From Camelus dromedarius (taxonomy: Eukaryota): a stretch of 64,000 nucleotides of DNA. The stretch covers positions 13,890,001 through 13,954,000 of the forward strand of contig NC_087437.1 in assembly GCF_036321535.1 (NCBI RefSeq). Direction: 5' to 3'. Shown in pieces: positions 1 to 13,800 of the stretch (position 1 is its first letter; the number at the start of each line of letters is the position of its first letter). The notes beneath the pieces were generated by a model. That model saw only the letters and a list, made by a program, of their open reading frames with translations. It had not been told where the DNA came from and did not search any database. The position numbers were made by a program, and so were the translations under genes.

Positions 1-270
1 TTTTTTCTTTTTAAAAACATTTTAGGAAAGCTGAATTGCAAAGAATTAAAATAATAGTAGCACCCTCATGTAGTCCACCCAGTTTAAGATATATGTTGGT
101 ATAGTTATTTTTGAGTGTGTGGGCAAAAACTATGAATACTGATTAAATCACTAAAATACTATATTTTTCCCTCAAATGCTGTACTTTTGAAGGTAGAAAT
201 TCTAGGTGAAACTACATTGGTGATGTACACTGAATAGTATAAGGGTTGAAGTAAAAGACTTAGAATCAAA

Positions 271-444
271 TTATTTATTTATTTATTTTTAAATTTAAAA
301 AATTTTTTTTTGTTTTTATTTGGGGGGTAATTAGGTTTGTTTATTTATTATTTGTTTTGTTTTTAGAAGAGATACTGGAGATTGAACCCAGGACCTCCTG
401 CATACTAAGCATGCACTCTTCCACTTAAACTATACCCTTCCCCC
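271..444 (-). mobile_element. tRNA-Ala-derived SINE (camelid Vic-1-like), copy 1
   Basis: Minus strand reads GGGGAAGGGTATAGTTTAAGTGG...GGTTCAATCTCCAGTA, then an A-rich tail containing ACCTAATTACCCCCC. Confidence 0.85.
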
Positions 445-584
445 GGATCAAGTAATAAAATAATAACTTTCTCCCCAAAATGCCTTAAGAAGTACAGGGG
501 CCTGTAAGTGAAGCTGAAAACGAAAGCTGTAATAGAAATGCTCAAAAGAACTATTGCACATCTGGGGTAGTATATTCAGAGAAC

Positions 585-800
585 AGTAGTAATAATTATG
601 ATTGCAGTTAATATTTTTGAGTGTTTATCTGAGCCAGACATTACACTAACCTCTTTATTCGAGTTATCTCACTTAGTCCCCACCACAGCTCTTTGAGACA
701 GGTACTGTCATCCCTAATTTTATAGATGAACTGTGATTCTGAGAAGCTAAGAAACTTCCGTTCAGAGTCATGCAGCCAGCAAATGGCAGTTGTCACTAGT
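585..800 (-). mobile_element. MIR SINE remnant
   Basis: Antisense MIR core (cctaattttatagatgaa...gagtcatgcagc). Confidence 0.7.
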
Positions 801-1944
801 CTGTCTTTGCCCGTGAGTAATGTTTCTTAAATTCACCTTTTTTACCTTTTGATAGCTGGAGTATTAAAAGCACTTCAGTGTGTGTATTACTGACACTAGC
901 TTCTTGTGCTTTTCATTAGTTCATGATTAGTGTGCGGGATAGCAGATCTGGTATCGGTGCTACAGAGGGGTGTTCCAGGTGGATCTTCCCAGATTCAGTC
1001 ATCACTCCACCACTGCACCTGGAGAAGCCCTAGACTTGCCGTTACTCATTTTCCAATGGTTCTCTTGAAGCTGTTCCAATTCTCACTTCGAATGATACAT
1101 AGTCATGTACAGAAAATTCTTGTCCTATTTTTTCTGCATTTTTCTGATATTTGTGTATTACCATTATCTGCTAGTAAGTTATCTGTACGTCTAGAAGTAT
1201 CCTCAGGGTTTGAAAGAGTTAATGCAGTTTCCAGAGCAATTTCCTTCAGTAGATGAAATGACCTTATCACAGAGTGGTTGAGGTTTTACTGAATATGTAA
1301 AATAGATTTACTTGAAATTTTGGAGAGGTTTTTATATTACACCCTTGGGAAGTAAGTCCCAGCCTCAGATCTTACTAAGTTAAAAATAGTATTTTTCTAG
1401 AGTTCTAAACTGTTCTTAGAAACAGTGAACAGTACATACATGTAAGTTTTAGAACAGTTTTCTCTCTCAATGAGTTGCTTTTCTTAGGATAAACTTTATT
1501 TACCCTAAAAAACAAATTTAAAAAATAGTGTTTTTCTGTTGTTGAACTCTCCTTAAAGACTGTCCTGAAATCATATATTAGTAGCAAATTTCTGTTGTCA
1601 TGTGTTTGTTTTGAACACTTTGTTTGAAAAAAGATTTTTAAGCTTATTTAAAAAGTTTATTTTTTACATGGTAGAGTATTTCAGCCTTGAAGGCTTCCTT
1701 TTTTAATTTTGTTCTATGTTGAACATAGCAATTTGTTTCACTACTTGAAATTCTGTGTTTCAAAGTTGTTTTCCAATGTATGCTTAATCGTACTTCCAGA
1801 TAAAGATAATAATTGGAACTAGTTCTTAATTAATCTAGGAATGTGCTGCCAGTGATGTCTGTAATTACATGGTCAGAATGAATTTTATTTTTATTTTCCA
1901 AATTTGAGGGGGAGGTATTACAGGTTAGCTGAAGTACATAGTGT

Positions 1945-2170
1945 GAGTTAAGCAGGCTAAGTTCAAAAGCCTGGCCCAGTCACTTACCAATTGTTATGAC
2001 CTTGGAGAAGTGATTAAATTTCTCTAATACTTAAATTTCTTGTCAATAAAATGGGGATCATCATACCTGTATCATGGTGGTGTTATGGGGACAAAGTGAG
2101 ATAGAGATATGCTTGCTGAATGCCAAGTGTCATCATTAACACGTGATTACTCAGTAAAAGCTGGTTGTTG
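1945..2170 (+). mobile_element. MIR SINE remnant
   Basis: cacttacc...gaccttggagaagtgattaaatttctct...aaaatggggat core. Confidence 0.75.
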
Positions 2171-2709
2171 CATAATTTCAGGACATGCCATAATTTTTTA
2201 ATTAGGGTCACCTTTCTTCCCCAATTTTAGGATAATTTTTTCTGAAGGTTCAAAATGGAAAAGCATTATCCTAATTTCCATTTTGAGGTTGTGCGGCACT
2301 AATAGCATTGAATTATCCCATCTTTTCTGAGGGGTTGACTTGGCTACTTAGATGAGTGTTCCTCCCCACCGTCTCTCTCCAGCACACCCTTGCCTAAATA
2401 TAGCATGGCTGAAGGTGAACTTTTCAGATAGAGGAGTGATTTTTTTTTCCCCCCACAAAGAGCACTTCCATTTTACTAGCCTTTTTTGGGTTGTTGTTAT
2501 TTAGGGTTGGATGTAAAATACAAACATCACTTACTGCTTCCTAAAGTATGAGAGATAATTATCAGGTGTGCTGATTTTGGCCATAGGAACTTCTACTGAT
2601 ACCCAGAGAATCCTTTAATCCTACATTGTATTTTTCTGTTAGCATTATAATCTGCATCAGGAATATTAGTATTTTTTCTGACAGGACATAGTCTACTTTT
2701 TAAATTCTT

Positions 2710-3520
2710 AAAATTGTATTTTATTGTGGTAAAAACATTTAAGATGAGATCTACCCTCTTAATAGATTTTTAAGTGAACAATACATTGTTAATTATAGAC
2801 ACAGTGCTGTACGGCAGATCTCTAGAACTCTAGAAGATGAGTAACATCTCGCATAACTGAAACTTTATACCCGTTAATTAGCAACCCTCATTTTTCCCCT
2901 CACCTCAGCCCCTAGCAACCACCATTTACTCTCTGCTTCTTTGAATTGACTATTTAGGATAATTCATGTAAGTGGAATCATGCATGGCTTGTCCTTTTAT
3001 GATTGACTTATTTCACTTAGCATGATGTCCTTAAGGTTCATCCATATTGTCAAATTTTGCAAAGACTTTGATCATTTTTAAGGCTGAATAATATTCCATT
3101 GTATGTGTATACTGCATTTTCTTTATCCATTCATTTGTTGATGGACATTTAGGTTGTTTCTACATCTTGGCTATTATGAATACTGCTGCAATGAATATGA
3201 GAGTACTATCTCTTTGAGCTCTTAATTTCCATTATTTTGGATAAATACTCAGAAGTTTGATTGCTGGATTGCTGGTAGTTCTGTTCTTTAATTTTTTGAG
3301 GAACTTCCATACTGTTTTTCATAGTGTATGCACCATTTGACGTTCCCATCAGCAGTGTACAAGGGTTCCAGTTTCTCTACATGCTCACCAAACTTGTTGT
3401 CTTTTGTTTCTTTGATAATAGCCATCCTAACAGGTGTGAAGTGATACCTTTTGGTTTTGAGTTGCATTTCCCTGGTAGTGACATCTTTTCATATACCTGT
3501 TGGCCATTTGTATGTCATCT
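2710..3520 (-). mobile_element. L1 3' end (L1MA9-like)
   Basis: Antisense L1 3' UTR and ORF2 C-terminus (gctgaataatattccattgtatgtgtata, ttggccatttgtatgtc). Confidence 0.85.
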
Positions 3521-4579
3521 AGTAGTTTGATTTTATGTTAATGTGTTATATCTTCTCTCCCTTTCTTCTTTTATCTGTCCTAGCCTAGGAGCTCTCTGGA
3601 GTCTAGTGCTTTTATCATCCCCCAAAAGTTGTAGACAAGCTTTCTTACATGAACTTGTTTTAATTTCCCTCCTAAAAGATCTGTTTGAGCTACATATTTA
3701 TTCCTCCATAGCAGTGATACTATGAGGTCATTCTTTAGGTTTTTGGTTTTTTTTTTAATTCTTAAACTTGCTTTGTTATTGTGAGATTATTCCCCCCTAC
3801 CCCTTGCATGGATTTAGTAGGGATATTCTTTACTCCTGGGTCTGCTCTTTGTGGTTGTCATTTTAAAATCTTTTATTATTTTTTTCTCACTTTCATTTTA
3901 CTTTTAAAGTCCCATAATATCAGCCTGTCTTCACTCAAACCCATTTTCTTTCTGGTCAGTTTTCCCAAGATAGGCCTTTGGTATAGAGTCAGGCATTCCG
4001 ATATGTTAAATTATGAACTTGGAATCCAGACTCCACTCTAACTTCATATGGTTGATATGAAACTCCATTTCAGCCATTCACCATTTTTGTCCTTTTCCCC
4101 CTATTGTTCCAATCGTTAGTTATAATATGTAAGGGGAAAGTATCATCTGTAGGCTTAAAATGTTTCACTTTTTTGACACATTCTCAGAGAGCTGACCTAA
4201 GTTTCTTTTCAGCAATATCATTTACTACAAATGACTCAGAAGGCAGGGATAACGTTTGTTGGTTTAATAAGTCTTGGTCGGTTGCCTGTGTCATCCCAGA
4301 TACACAATCCAGAAAAATACAAATAACACTCCAACTGACAGGACTATATTTAGCTGTCTCCATACATACTGGTGGGAAGATGTCAGTTGACTCTTAAGAG
4401 AAATTTCCTCTCTGGTAGCAATAAAACCTTCTCTAAACTTGTTGTTACTTTTGATTCTCTTATTATTCCTCAGGGCATGAATTGGTGTTTTTCCAGATTT
4501 GACAAAACCTTGTTTGGAAGTACCTGTTAGAACATCAAGTTGGAAGTGACCATCAGAATTTCCCGTGAAATTACTGGAT

Positions 4580-4985
4580 TTCATTTATTTACTCAAATAC
4601 TTACTGAACACCTGTTCTGTGTCAGGGGCAGTCGGTGATTTTGTGATTTTGGGGATACAAGTATATTAATGAACTTAACAGATAAAAATACCTCTCTGGA
4701 TATTCTAGTAGGATTAGATGAATAATAAATATAATAAGTTACAGATTAGACTATGAAGGATGCCATGGAGGAAGATGAACAGGAGTTAGGGGGAATAGAG
4801 AGTGTAGGATGAGGAGGCTGGTAACAATTTAAAACAGGACAGTTATAGGAGGCCTTACTGTAAAGGTGACATTTGGACACAGATTTGAAGGAGGTGAAGG
4901 TGTGAGCCATATGGATATCTAAGGATAGTGTTCTGTGTAGGGTACAGAGGCCCTCGCTGAATACAAGTAGGAGGAATGAAGAAAG
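4580..4985 (-). mobile_element. L2 remnant
   Basis: catttatttactcaaatacttactgaacacct start; aaggtgacatttggacacagatttgaagga motif. Confidence 0.7.
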
Positions 4986-5019
4986 TAATCTCAAAATAGA
5001 AGTAACTTTAAAAATGTTT

Positions 5020-5515
5020 TTGCTGCTCAGGTATATACCCAAGAGAAATGAAAGCATGTTCACACAAAATGATTGTTGATAGCAGCATTATTAGTAATAG
5101 CCAAAAAATAGAAACAACACAAATGTCCATCAGCTAAGAATGGATAAATAAAACGTGTTTTATCTATACAATAGAAGGAAACTGATCCATACCACAACAT
5201 GGGTGAACTTTGAAAATGTTACGCTAAGTGAAAGAAGCCAGTCACAAAGACGGCATGTCGTATGATTCCATTTATATGCGACTCCAAAATAGGCAAATCC
5301 ATAGTGACAGAAAGTAGATTAGTGGATGCCAGGTGCAGGATTGAAGGGAATTAGGGAGTGGCTGCTAGTGGAGTTTTTTTGGGGGGGTGATAAAATTTTT
5401 CTAAAAATAGGGGTGGTGTAGAACTCTGTAAACGTAACTAAAAACCTTCAAACTGTATACTTTAAAAGAGTAAATTTTATGGTTTGTAAATTGTCTCAAA
5501 AAGCTGTTATAAAAA
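5020..5515 (+). mobile_element. L1 3' end (L1MB-like)
   Basis: ggtatatacccaagagaaatgaaa...gctaagtgaaagaagccagtcacaaa...aattttatggtttgtaaatt. Confidence 0.85.
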
Positions 5516-6721
5516 TGTTTTTGAATGAAAATAGTTTTCTAATTATAGAAAGAATATTTGCTGGTTAAAAAAAAATTAGACCAGTAAAGATGTAAGGAAA
5601 GCTTAAGTGAACCATAATTCCAACCGTTTAGTTTGCATTATTGACATTTTGTTATGTATCTTACAATATTTCTTAGAGTGCTTTTCTAATTATTAAGCTT
5701 TAGGAAGCAATAGCCAAGCCACAAAAGAAGAAATAGATGACCATATTCATTTTTAACTTTTATTCACTATGAAGCAAATGAGGCAGTATTTTTAAAATTT
5801 GTTACCAGTCTTCCATTAATAGCCAGTTGATTTTTAGCTAAATTACAATTTTTTCATGAAATAAATGGATTCTGGATTTAAGCACTTCTGGGTTATAGTC
5901 AACAAACTTATCTTGAGTATTGCACATAACATGGTCTCTCTGCATGTAACTCATTTTGATGTTTGAAACTTCTTTTAGTAGCATTGTTCTAGTATATTCA
6001 TTCAATGGAATACCGTGTGACTTAGAAATCATTTTCTCAAAGAATATTTAATTCCATGGGAAAAGGTTACTATTCTGTTAAGACAGGTTAAGCAATATAA
6101 ATGACGATCTTTTGTTGAAAATTACTTTTTCTAGCTACAGAAGGGGAAGCTAGAGTGATTATCTTTGGATGCTAGGATGAAAGATGAGTTACTTTATGAA
6201 CATTTATTATTTTTTACTGTGGACTTGAATAACTTTTAAAATGAGAATTTTGTTTAAATTAAACCTTATTTACACGGGTTCCCTTTAAAGTGACAGTGAC
6301 AGCAGGATGGCTGGCACTTAGCAGCTTGCCAAAAACCTTTTAGACACTTGGCAAACATTTTTAGGTGCCCGTCGTGTGCTAAGACATTGTTTGGCAATAT
6401 GAGGTTTAAAAGATTTATTTACTTTAACATTTTAAATTAGATTCTCTGTACTCGGGATATTGATGGAGGGTAGTTCTTGTCCTCAAGAAATCCAGTGTAG
6501 TGGAAGAGAGCTGTGACAATCCGTTGTGTAAAAGGCTGTGACAGAGAGGTGAGCAGACCACCCCTGTTCTTTAAAACCTCATGGTCTTATAGAAGTGGTG
6601 TCTTAAAATCGGTACCATATGGCAGGCTGTGAAAGTACGGTATGGGCGATTCAGAAAAAACTCTAAGGGTGACGCTGTATGGACTTCATCCATATTTTTA
6701 TCTTTCAGGTGTCAGCACAAA

Positions 6722-6789
6722 ATGAACATAATTAGGGAAAATAAGGATTTGGCATGTTTCTACACAACAAAACATTCATGGAGGGGAAA
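6722..6789 (+). CDS. DNAJC13: DNAJC13 exon 2 coding part (exon starts 6709, ATG at 6722): [23 protein letters not shown]
   Basis: tttcag acceptor at 6708, GCACAAAATGA start context, AA|gtaagt donor. Confidence 0.96.
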
Positions 6790-8269
6790 GTAAGTATTTC
6801 TGTTGGTTTTACTTTTCTACGCCTCTGTAAATTATTTTAAACATTACTTTTTCAGTATCTTGAGTAGTACCACACAATTAAGTAATACCATTCAGCCCTT
6901 CTCTTCTGAAAAGCATATGTGCATATTTTAAATGCAAATGTAACATTTAGAATAAATTATTGTTCTTTTTTTCTTTTGATATTTCTGGTTTTCTGTGTGT
7001 CTTGGAAAGGAATTTGTTAAGAATGAAAAATAACAATTAAAAGGAAAATAAACCATTTATCCCCGCTCTTGGATGCTGTCAGTTAATGACGAGGTTATGC
7101 ATTGGTCGCAGAGGTTAACTCCACAGCTTTATTGCCTAGAGATGAGCCTGTGTGTGATCAGTGCATTTTATATCCATTTGACTATGAGAGAAAATATACC
7201 AATAGTGCAGTTTGCAGTCCTTTTTTAGGCCTGTAATGAGATTTAAAAATTAGGTTTGATCTTTTCCTTGGGCGAGGGTGACAACATTTTTCAGTAGCTT
7301 GCCTGGTCAGACCATGGTATAAGTGTTTCTTTTTCTTTTTGTAAAAGGGGGTAGTAATTCCCACCCCTCAGATTGATACAAGGATTAAAAGAATTGATAT
7401 GGAATGTGTGAGGTTTTAAAATTATGCCTTAAAAACATTGAGTGTTCGATGAATTGGCACCTCTTGACCATTACAAAAAGGTTTAGTCTGTGGTCCTTTT
7501 GAGTAGTAGTAAAAGGAGTGTGCCACACTTTGACAAATGGGTGACTACATTATTCCAATTAGGCCTCAGACAGATAAAACATGACATGTGCCCAAAACAA
7601 GTAACTTTCGTTCTCATTCTTAACTTTCCATTTCTTGGGTAATAGTGTCATAACTTCTTACAATGGTGCAACATTTGAATTCTGTAGTGTTTCTGTTTTG
7701 CATTAGCAAACTGATTACGGTTTTGAAAGATTTGAGTGTTTAATTTTGTTTCCTTTTAGTAGCCTTGTCGTATGAATTACTTAATTGTTATCCCTGTGGA
7801 ATACTTGTCTTAAAATTTTTTTTGTCAGTTAATTTCACTGAGCAAAGTTAGAAAATAGGCATATCCTGTTGTAGTATATATGAATCTCTATTTCTTTGAA
7901 TCAGCCTTTTAAAAATTGTATATTTAAATTTTTCTTATTTTTCCCCCAAGTGTTAAATTGCTCTGATCTTAATACATCTTCTGTTTTTAATGCAATTACA
8001 GCATACTGTTGTAATTCTAAAGAACAGACTTTAATTCTTTAGAAAATTCTAAACAAACTTATTGTAATACTTCATGCTTTGTGAGCTTGTCAGTAATTGT
8101 GATCACCTGGAAGAATACTGTAATGTTCTTAATAGTGACTGTGAATTAAGACAAGCCTCTTTTTTTTTTTTTAATTCCTTTCTTGTGATTATTTGGAACA
8201 GAATTATTTCTGTGCTCAGCATAATTCCTTACCTTCATCATTCCTATTTATAGACCTATACCTTGAAAC

Positions 8270-9935
8270 TTTTTTGTTTTTAATAACAACCTTACTAAGA
8301 TAAAATTTACGTAAAACTCACTCTTTTTAGCTGTACAATTCAGTGGTTTTAGTGTATTTGTGGAGCTGTGAACCATCGCCAGTAATCACTTTTAGAATAC
8401 TTTTATCACCCCCCTAAAGTAAAAATATTCTCTCTAAAAATATTAGCAATTACTCCCCTCCACCTCCTCCCCTGCATCTGGCAGCCATTAATCTACTTTT
8501 TGTCTTGAGTATTTGCTTATTTAGGACATCTCACATAAACAGACTCATCCATTATGTGATCTTTTGTTGACTGTCTTCTTTCAGTTAGCGTGTTTTCAAG
8601 GTTGATCCACTTTCTACGTATGTCAGTACTTCCTTTCTGTTTATTGCCACATCTGCTGTATGGCTGTGCCACGTTTTGTTGGTTCATCAGTTGTTGGACG
8701 TTTGTATTGTTTGCACTTCTTTACTATTTATAAATAGTGCTGCTATAAATGTTCACATACAAGGTTATGGGTGAATCTATATTTCCAATTCTTTTGGGTA
8801 TATACCTAGGAGTAGAATTGATGTTATACAGAGTTACATGATAATTCTGTGTTTAACTTCTTGAGGAACAGCCACTGTTTTCCAGAGTGGCTACAGAATT
8901 TTATAATTCTACCATCAGTGTATCAGGATTCCAGTTTATCCACATCCTTACCAAAACTTGTTATTGTCTGTCTTTTTATTTTAACCAGCCTTGTGGGTAC
9001 AAAGTGGTATCTCGTTGCGGTTTTTATTTGCATTTCTCTAATGACTAAGATGTTGAGTATCTTTTCATGTGCTTGTTGGCCATTTGTATGTATTTCATGA
9101 AATGTCTATTTAGATCATTTTAATTGGGTTACTTATCCTCCTGTTGTTGAGTTGTAAGAGTTCTTCATGTATTCTGAATATAAGTTCCATATAGAGATAT
9201 AATTTGCAAATATTTTCTCCTGTTCTGTGGGTTGTCTGTTCACTTTCTTGATGATATACTTTGAAGCACTAATTTTTTAATTTTGGTGGAATTCAGTTTA
9301 TCTTTTTTTCTTTTGTCATTTTGGTGTCATAGCTAAGAAGCCATTACCTAGTCAAGATTTATTCCTGTGTTTTCTTCTAAGAGTTTTATAATTTTTATAA
9401 TTTTGATTAATTTTTGTGTATAGTGGGAGGTAGGGATCCAGCTTTATTCTTTTGCATGTGGATATCAAGTTTTCCCCACACCATTTGTTGAAAAGTCTGT
9501 TCTTTCCCCATTGAATTGCTTTGACAACCTTCAATTGATCACAAATGTAAAGGTTGATTCCTGAACTCTCAATTGTATTTCATTGATCTGTGTGCCTGTC
9601 CTTATGCCAGGACCGCATTGTCTTAATTACTGTAGCTTTGAACTAAGTTTTGAAATGAGAAAGTTTTAGGTTACAACTTTTTTTTAATTTTCAAATTATG
9701 TTCGCTATTCTGGGTCTCTTGCATTTATTTCTGTCTGAATTTTAGAGTCAGTACTCAGTTTTACCAAAAAGGCAGCTGAGATTTTGATTGCGATTGTACT
9801 GAATCTGTAAATCAATTAGGGGAGTATTGCCGCCTTAACAATATTAAGTCTTCTGATCCATGAACATGGATCATCTTTCCATTTAGATCTTTTGAAACTT
9901 CTTTCAACAGTGTTTGTTGTTTCAGTGTACATGCC
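8270..9935 (-). mobile_element. L1 3' UTR and ORF2 C-terminal fragment (L1MB-like)
   Basis: Minus-strand ORF remnant KAIQWGKNRLFNKWCGENLISTCKRIKLDPYL is L1 ORF2. Confidence 0.9.
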
Positions 9936-10826
9936 TTGAAGCTTTTAATTTCTTCTGGAAAGGTCCTCCATTTCCCAGATAGTGATGATTATTTCATTAG
10001 GTTATATATATTATTATGTGGCACTGAAACTTTTATTGTATTACCTATTTTATGTGGTCAATTCTAAGTTTAAAGTATTTCTCATTAGTCTTAATGAAAA
10101 AAAAAATGACCAACAAAAATTTTCCTGTTGTTTCAGAGTTGTTATTTGAACCCTCTCTCTAGAAACATGTGTGTATACAACCAATTTTGCATGTGATTTG
10201 GGGGCTTTAGGGCTTCAAGTGGTTAAACAAACCCCAGCATTTCAGAAAAACGTTACTAATAGTGGCAGTATTTCTCTTCATGTGCCTAAACTAAAGATAA
10301 CCTCTCCAGATATTTAACTTAGGGATAGTCGTGTGACCCATTTCATTTTACCTTTGTGATAATTTCATGTTTCACTTTGCAGCCACTACTCATATTTTTT
10401 AGTAATTCAAATCTGTCCACCATCAATATAAACTCCTTGGCCAGCAAAGTAGCCTTTCTGCTATGCTTGTCATTTTCCCACTTGTAAAGTACACAGTTAA
10501 ATTATATCTTTGTTCTGGAAGGAGCAGGAAGGGTGAATAGATTTCAGTGGTCAAAGGCACTGTTCTTTCATGAAACAGCAAAGTTTCCTTTTTGGCCTGG
10601 CAAGTCATTTCTGTTAGGAAGGAAGATGCATACATTTCAGTTAAAGCAGAAGTGCAGATGCACTATGGAAAACTTCACAGTAATGTTGAAAATACAGGTA
10701 CTTATTTTTTCTGGATGGAAATTACAGGTAAAATCTACCTGTGGATCCCTTTAATATTTGCATATATTAGTTGTAGCAAATGCTCTGAATTTAAGGGTAA
10801 CATTTTAGTATCTGCATAGGATTTTT

Positions 10827-10981
10827 TAAAATATTTTATTTATTTATTGTTGTATTTATTTTATTTTGGTAGCATGGGAGGTGATTAGGTTTATTTAGTT
10901 TTAGAGGAGTTACTGGGAATTGAATCCAGGACCTCCTGCATGCTAAGCACCTGCTCTACCACTTGAGCTATACCCTCCCCC
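10827..10981 (-). mobile_element. tRNA-Ala-derived SINE (Vic-1-like), copy 2
   Basis: Same head and tail layout; degenerate TSD gcataggatttt / gaatagaatttt. Confidence 0.85.
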
Positions 10982-11469
10982 TCGAATAGAATTTTAACTT
11001 CAGTATATTGGGATATATGGTGATCATTCTTTGAAATTCATTGGCAGATGCCCACTACATTTATAGACAGCCTGTGCAATGACTAAGATACAGGAAATTG
11101 AGAGAAGAGTTGAGGGAAAGGGAAGCTGGTGAATTTCTTATACCTTTTTTATGTTGTGAGGATAGAATCTTGCAAGAGAAGATTCTTCAGCTGCCAGGCA
11201 TTTACACACCTCACCAGTCTTTGATAATTCTAGGAATTCTGACGATTTTTTTCTCCTGCTTTGTGGATTTTAGCTCTTGACCCTTCCAGCCTCTAAACCT
11301 CAGATACGTCCATCCTGAATTCTCTTTGTGTTGTCTTTGTACATCTCTTTGTGCTTATTATTAGGCAGTCTGGAATTTGAATATCTTTCACCCAGAAGGG
11401 CAAATGGGATCACATCTACTTATAGGAATTTTACATTTTACACGCAATGCTCTATTAAAAGCTAGTTCC

Positions 11470-12873
11470 AGGAACAAAGATAGTCTTTTTGACAGATGAC
11501 AACTTGAAAACTTAGACATCCATATACAAAAAAATGAATCTAGGCACAGACTCTAAATCCTTCACAAAATTAACTCCAAGTGGATCACAGACCTAAATGT
11601 GAAATGGAAAAGTATAAAACTCCTAGAAAGTAACATGGGAGAAAATCTAGATGGCCTTGGATTTGGTGATGACTTTTTAGATACAATACCAACGGCATGA
11701 TCCATGACAAAAGGAATCGATAAGCTGGAGTTCATTAAAGTTGAAAACTTCTGCTTGTGAAAGACACTTCCAAGAGATTGTAAAGACATGCTGGGAGAAA
11801 ATATTTGCAAAAGACATATTTTATAAAAGAACTGTTATAGAAAGAACCCTTAAAACTCAGCACTAAGAAAACAGCTCGATTAAAAAATGAGCCAAAGACT
11901 TTAATGGAGATCTCACCAAAGAAGGTACACAGATGGCAGATAATTACATGACAAGATACTTGCCATCAGGGAATGCCATCTAGGAAATATAAATGTAAAG
12001 ATACCTCTATACATCTATTGGAATAGCCAAATCCGGAACACTGGCAAGTCCAAATGCTGACAAGGATGTGAAGCAACAGGAACTATCATTCATTGCTAGT
12101 GGAAATGCAAAATGGTACAGCCACTTTGAAAGACAGTTTGGTGGTTTCTTACAACACCGAGCATCCACTTACCATATGATCCAGCAGTCACACTCCTTAG
12201 TATTTATCCAAAGGAGTTGAAAACATGTCCACCGAGAAACCTGTACACAGTGTTTATAGCAGGTTTATTCATAATTACCAAAACTTGAAAGCATCCAAGA
12301 TGTCCTTCAGTAGGTGAATGAGTAAATAAACTAGTACATGCACGCAGACAATGAATATTATTGAGTGCTAAAAAGAATTGAACCATCAGGTCATGAAAAG
12401 ATATGAAGGAAATTTAAATGCATATTACTGAGTGAAGGAAGCCAGTCTGAAAAGGCTATATGCTGTATGACAACTAATATGACATTGTGGAAAAGGCAGA
12501 ACTTTGGAGACAGCAAAAAGATCAGTGGATTTCAAGATTTAATGGGGAGGGAGGGGTAAATAGGCAGAGCACAGTGGATTTTTTGGACAGTGAAACTACT
12601 CTGTGATACTGTATTGATGGATACATGTCCTTACATTTGTCCAAACCCATAGAAAGTAGGACACCAAGAATGAACTCTAATGTAAACTGTGGGCTTTGCT
12701 GGATAGTGAAGGTCAGTGTAGGTTCCGCAGTTGTAACAGATGTATCCCTCTGGTGGAGGATGTTGATAATGGGGGAGGTTGTGCATAGGTGAGGACAGGG
12801 AGTGTATGTGAGATGTCTGTACCTTCTGCTTAATATTACTGGGAACCTAAAAGTGCTCTTAAAAAAAAAAAAA
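11470..12873 (+). mobile_element. L1 3' fragment (L1MC1-like), sense to the gene, with A-tail
   Basis: ORF2 C-terminus and 3' UTR ending gaacctaaaagtgctctt(A)13. Confidence 0.9.
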
Positions 12874-13004
12874 GTCTTGAAAAGAAAGCCCCATCTGAAC
12901 TGGAAAAAATATGGACCCTGCGTCATGGAATTTAAATCCTTAAAATACATTTCATGAGATGCCCTTTATTTCCTCTCAGAGAAGTGGGAGATTTTCTCAG
13001 CAGA

Positions 13005-13260
13005 ATAATAGCAATAAAAATAACATTTATTAATTATAAACAGTAAGTGATAAGCACTTTACATGAATTATCTAATTCTCACATTATGAGGTAAGTATGC
13101 GTATATATCCACATTTCAAATGAGGAAACCGAAGCTTAGAGCAGTTAAGCAAGTTATCAGAGAATGCATAGACAGTGAATAGTTCAGACAGTATTTGAAC
13201 CCAGGCAGTGTGAGTCCAGAACTAGCGGGTTTAAGGGCTTAACCACCAAACTGTAGTGCC
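13005..13260 (-). mobile_element. MIR SINE remnant
   Basis: catttcaaatgaggaaaccgaagcttagagcagttaag core. Confidence 0.75.
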
Positions 13261-13454
13261 TTCTTTAGCAATGCTTACCGTTAATCTCTTAACTCTTTGA
13301 GAAGCCTTATACTTCAGTTATCCCTGATTACATTATTTGGTGGACTAAAATTTAGTTTAGATTCTCAAGGTTTTAATAATAAAAGGAAAAACCCTTGATT
13401 CTGTGAGAATCCTAAAGGCTTCTAGAAATTGGTGGCCAAATCTTATTTTTAAAA

Positions 13455-13800
13455 GGTTGAAGGAACCAGGTGTTCAACCCAGGAGAGAATTCAGATTGAA
13501 AGTCTGATAGGCAGACAAATTAGGTATGCTTTGTGTGAAGCTGAAAGACAGAACTTGGACCAGAGGGAGAAGTTTGTGGGGAAGTGTATGTTTGACTTAG
13601 AACTAAGGCACAATGGCCAATATCTGCAGTACTGGGAAATGAGTAGAATTACTTTTAGGGAAGAGTAGTTTGTTCCTTTGTACCAGCAGTGAACAATTAA
13701 AAGTAGCCACCTTTACCCAGGGTACCGTAAGGGCTCAAGCAGTGTGTTACGAGAACTAGACAGGATAAATTGAAAGCTGTCTTCCAACTCTGATTTGGAT
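13455..13800 (+). mobile_element. L3/CR1 3' end remnant
   Basis: gaacttggaccagagggagaagttt...ctgtcttccaactctgat resembles the CR1 3' terminus. Confidence 0.55.

Noticed and set aside
930..1256. 108-aa ORF or alternative upstream exon in intron 1
   Set aside because: Non-ATG start, no recognisable homology and no convincing donor; there is only a plausible acceptor near 919.
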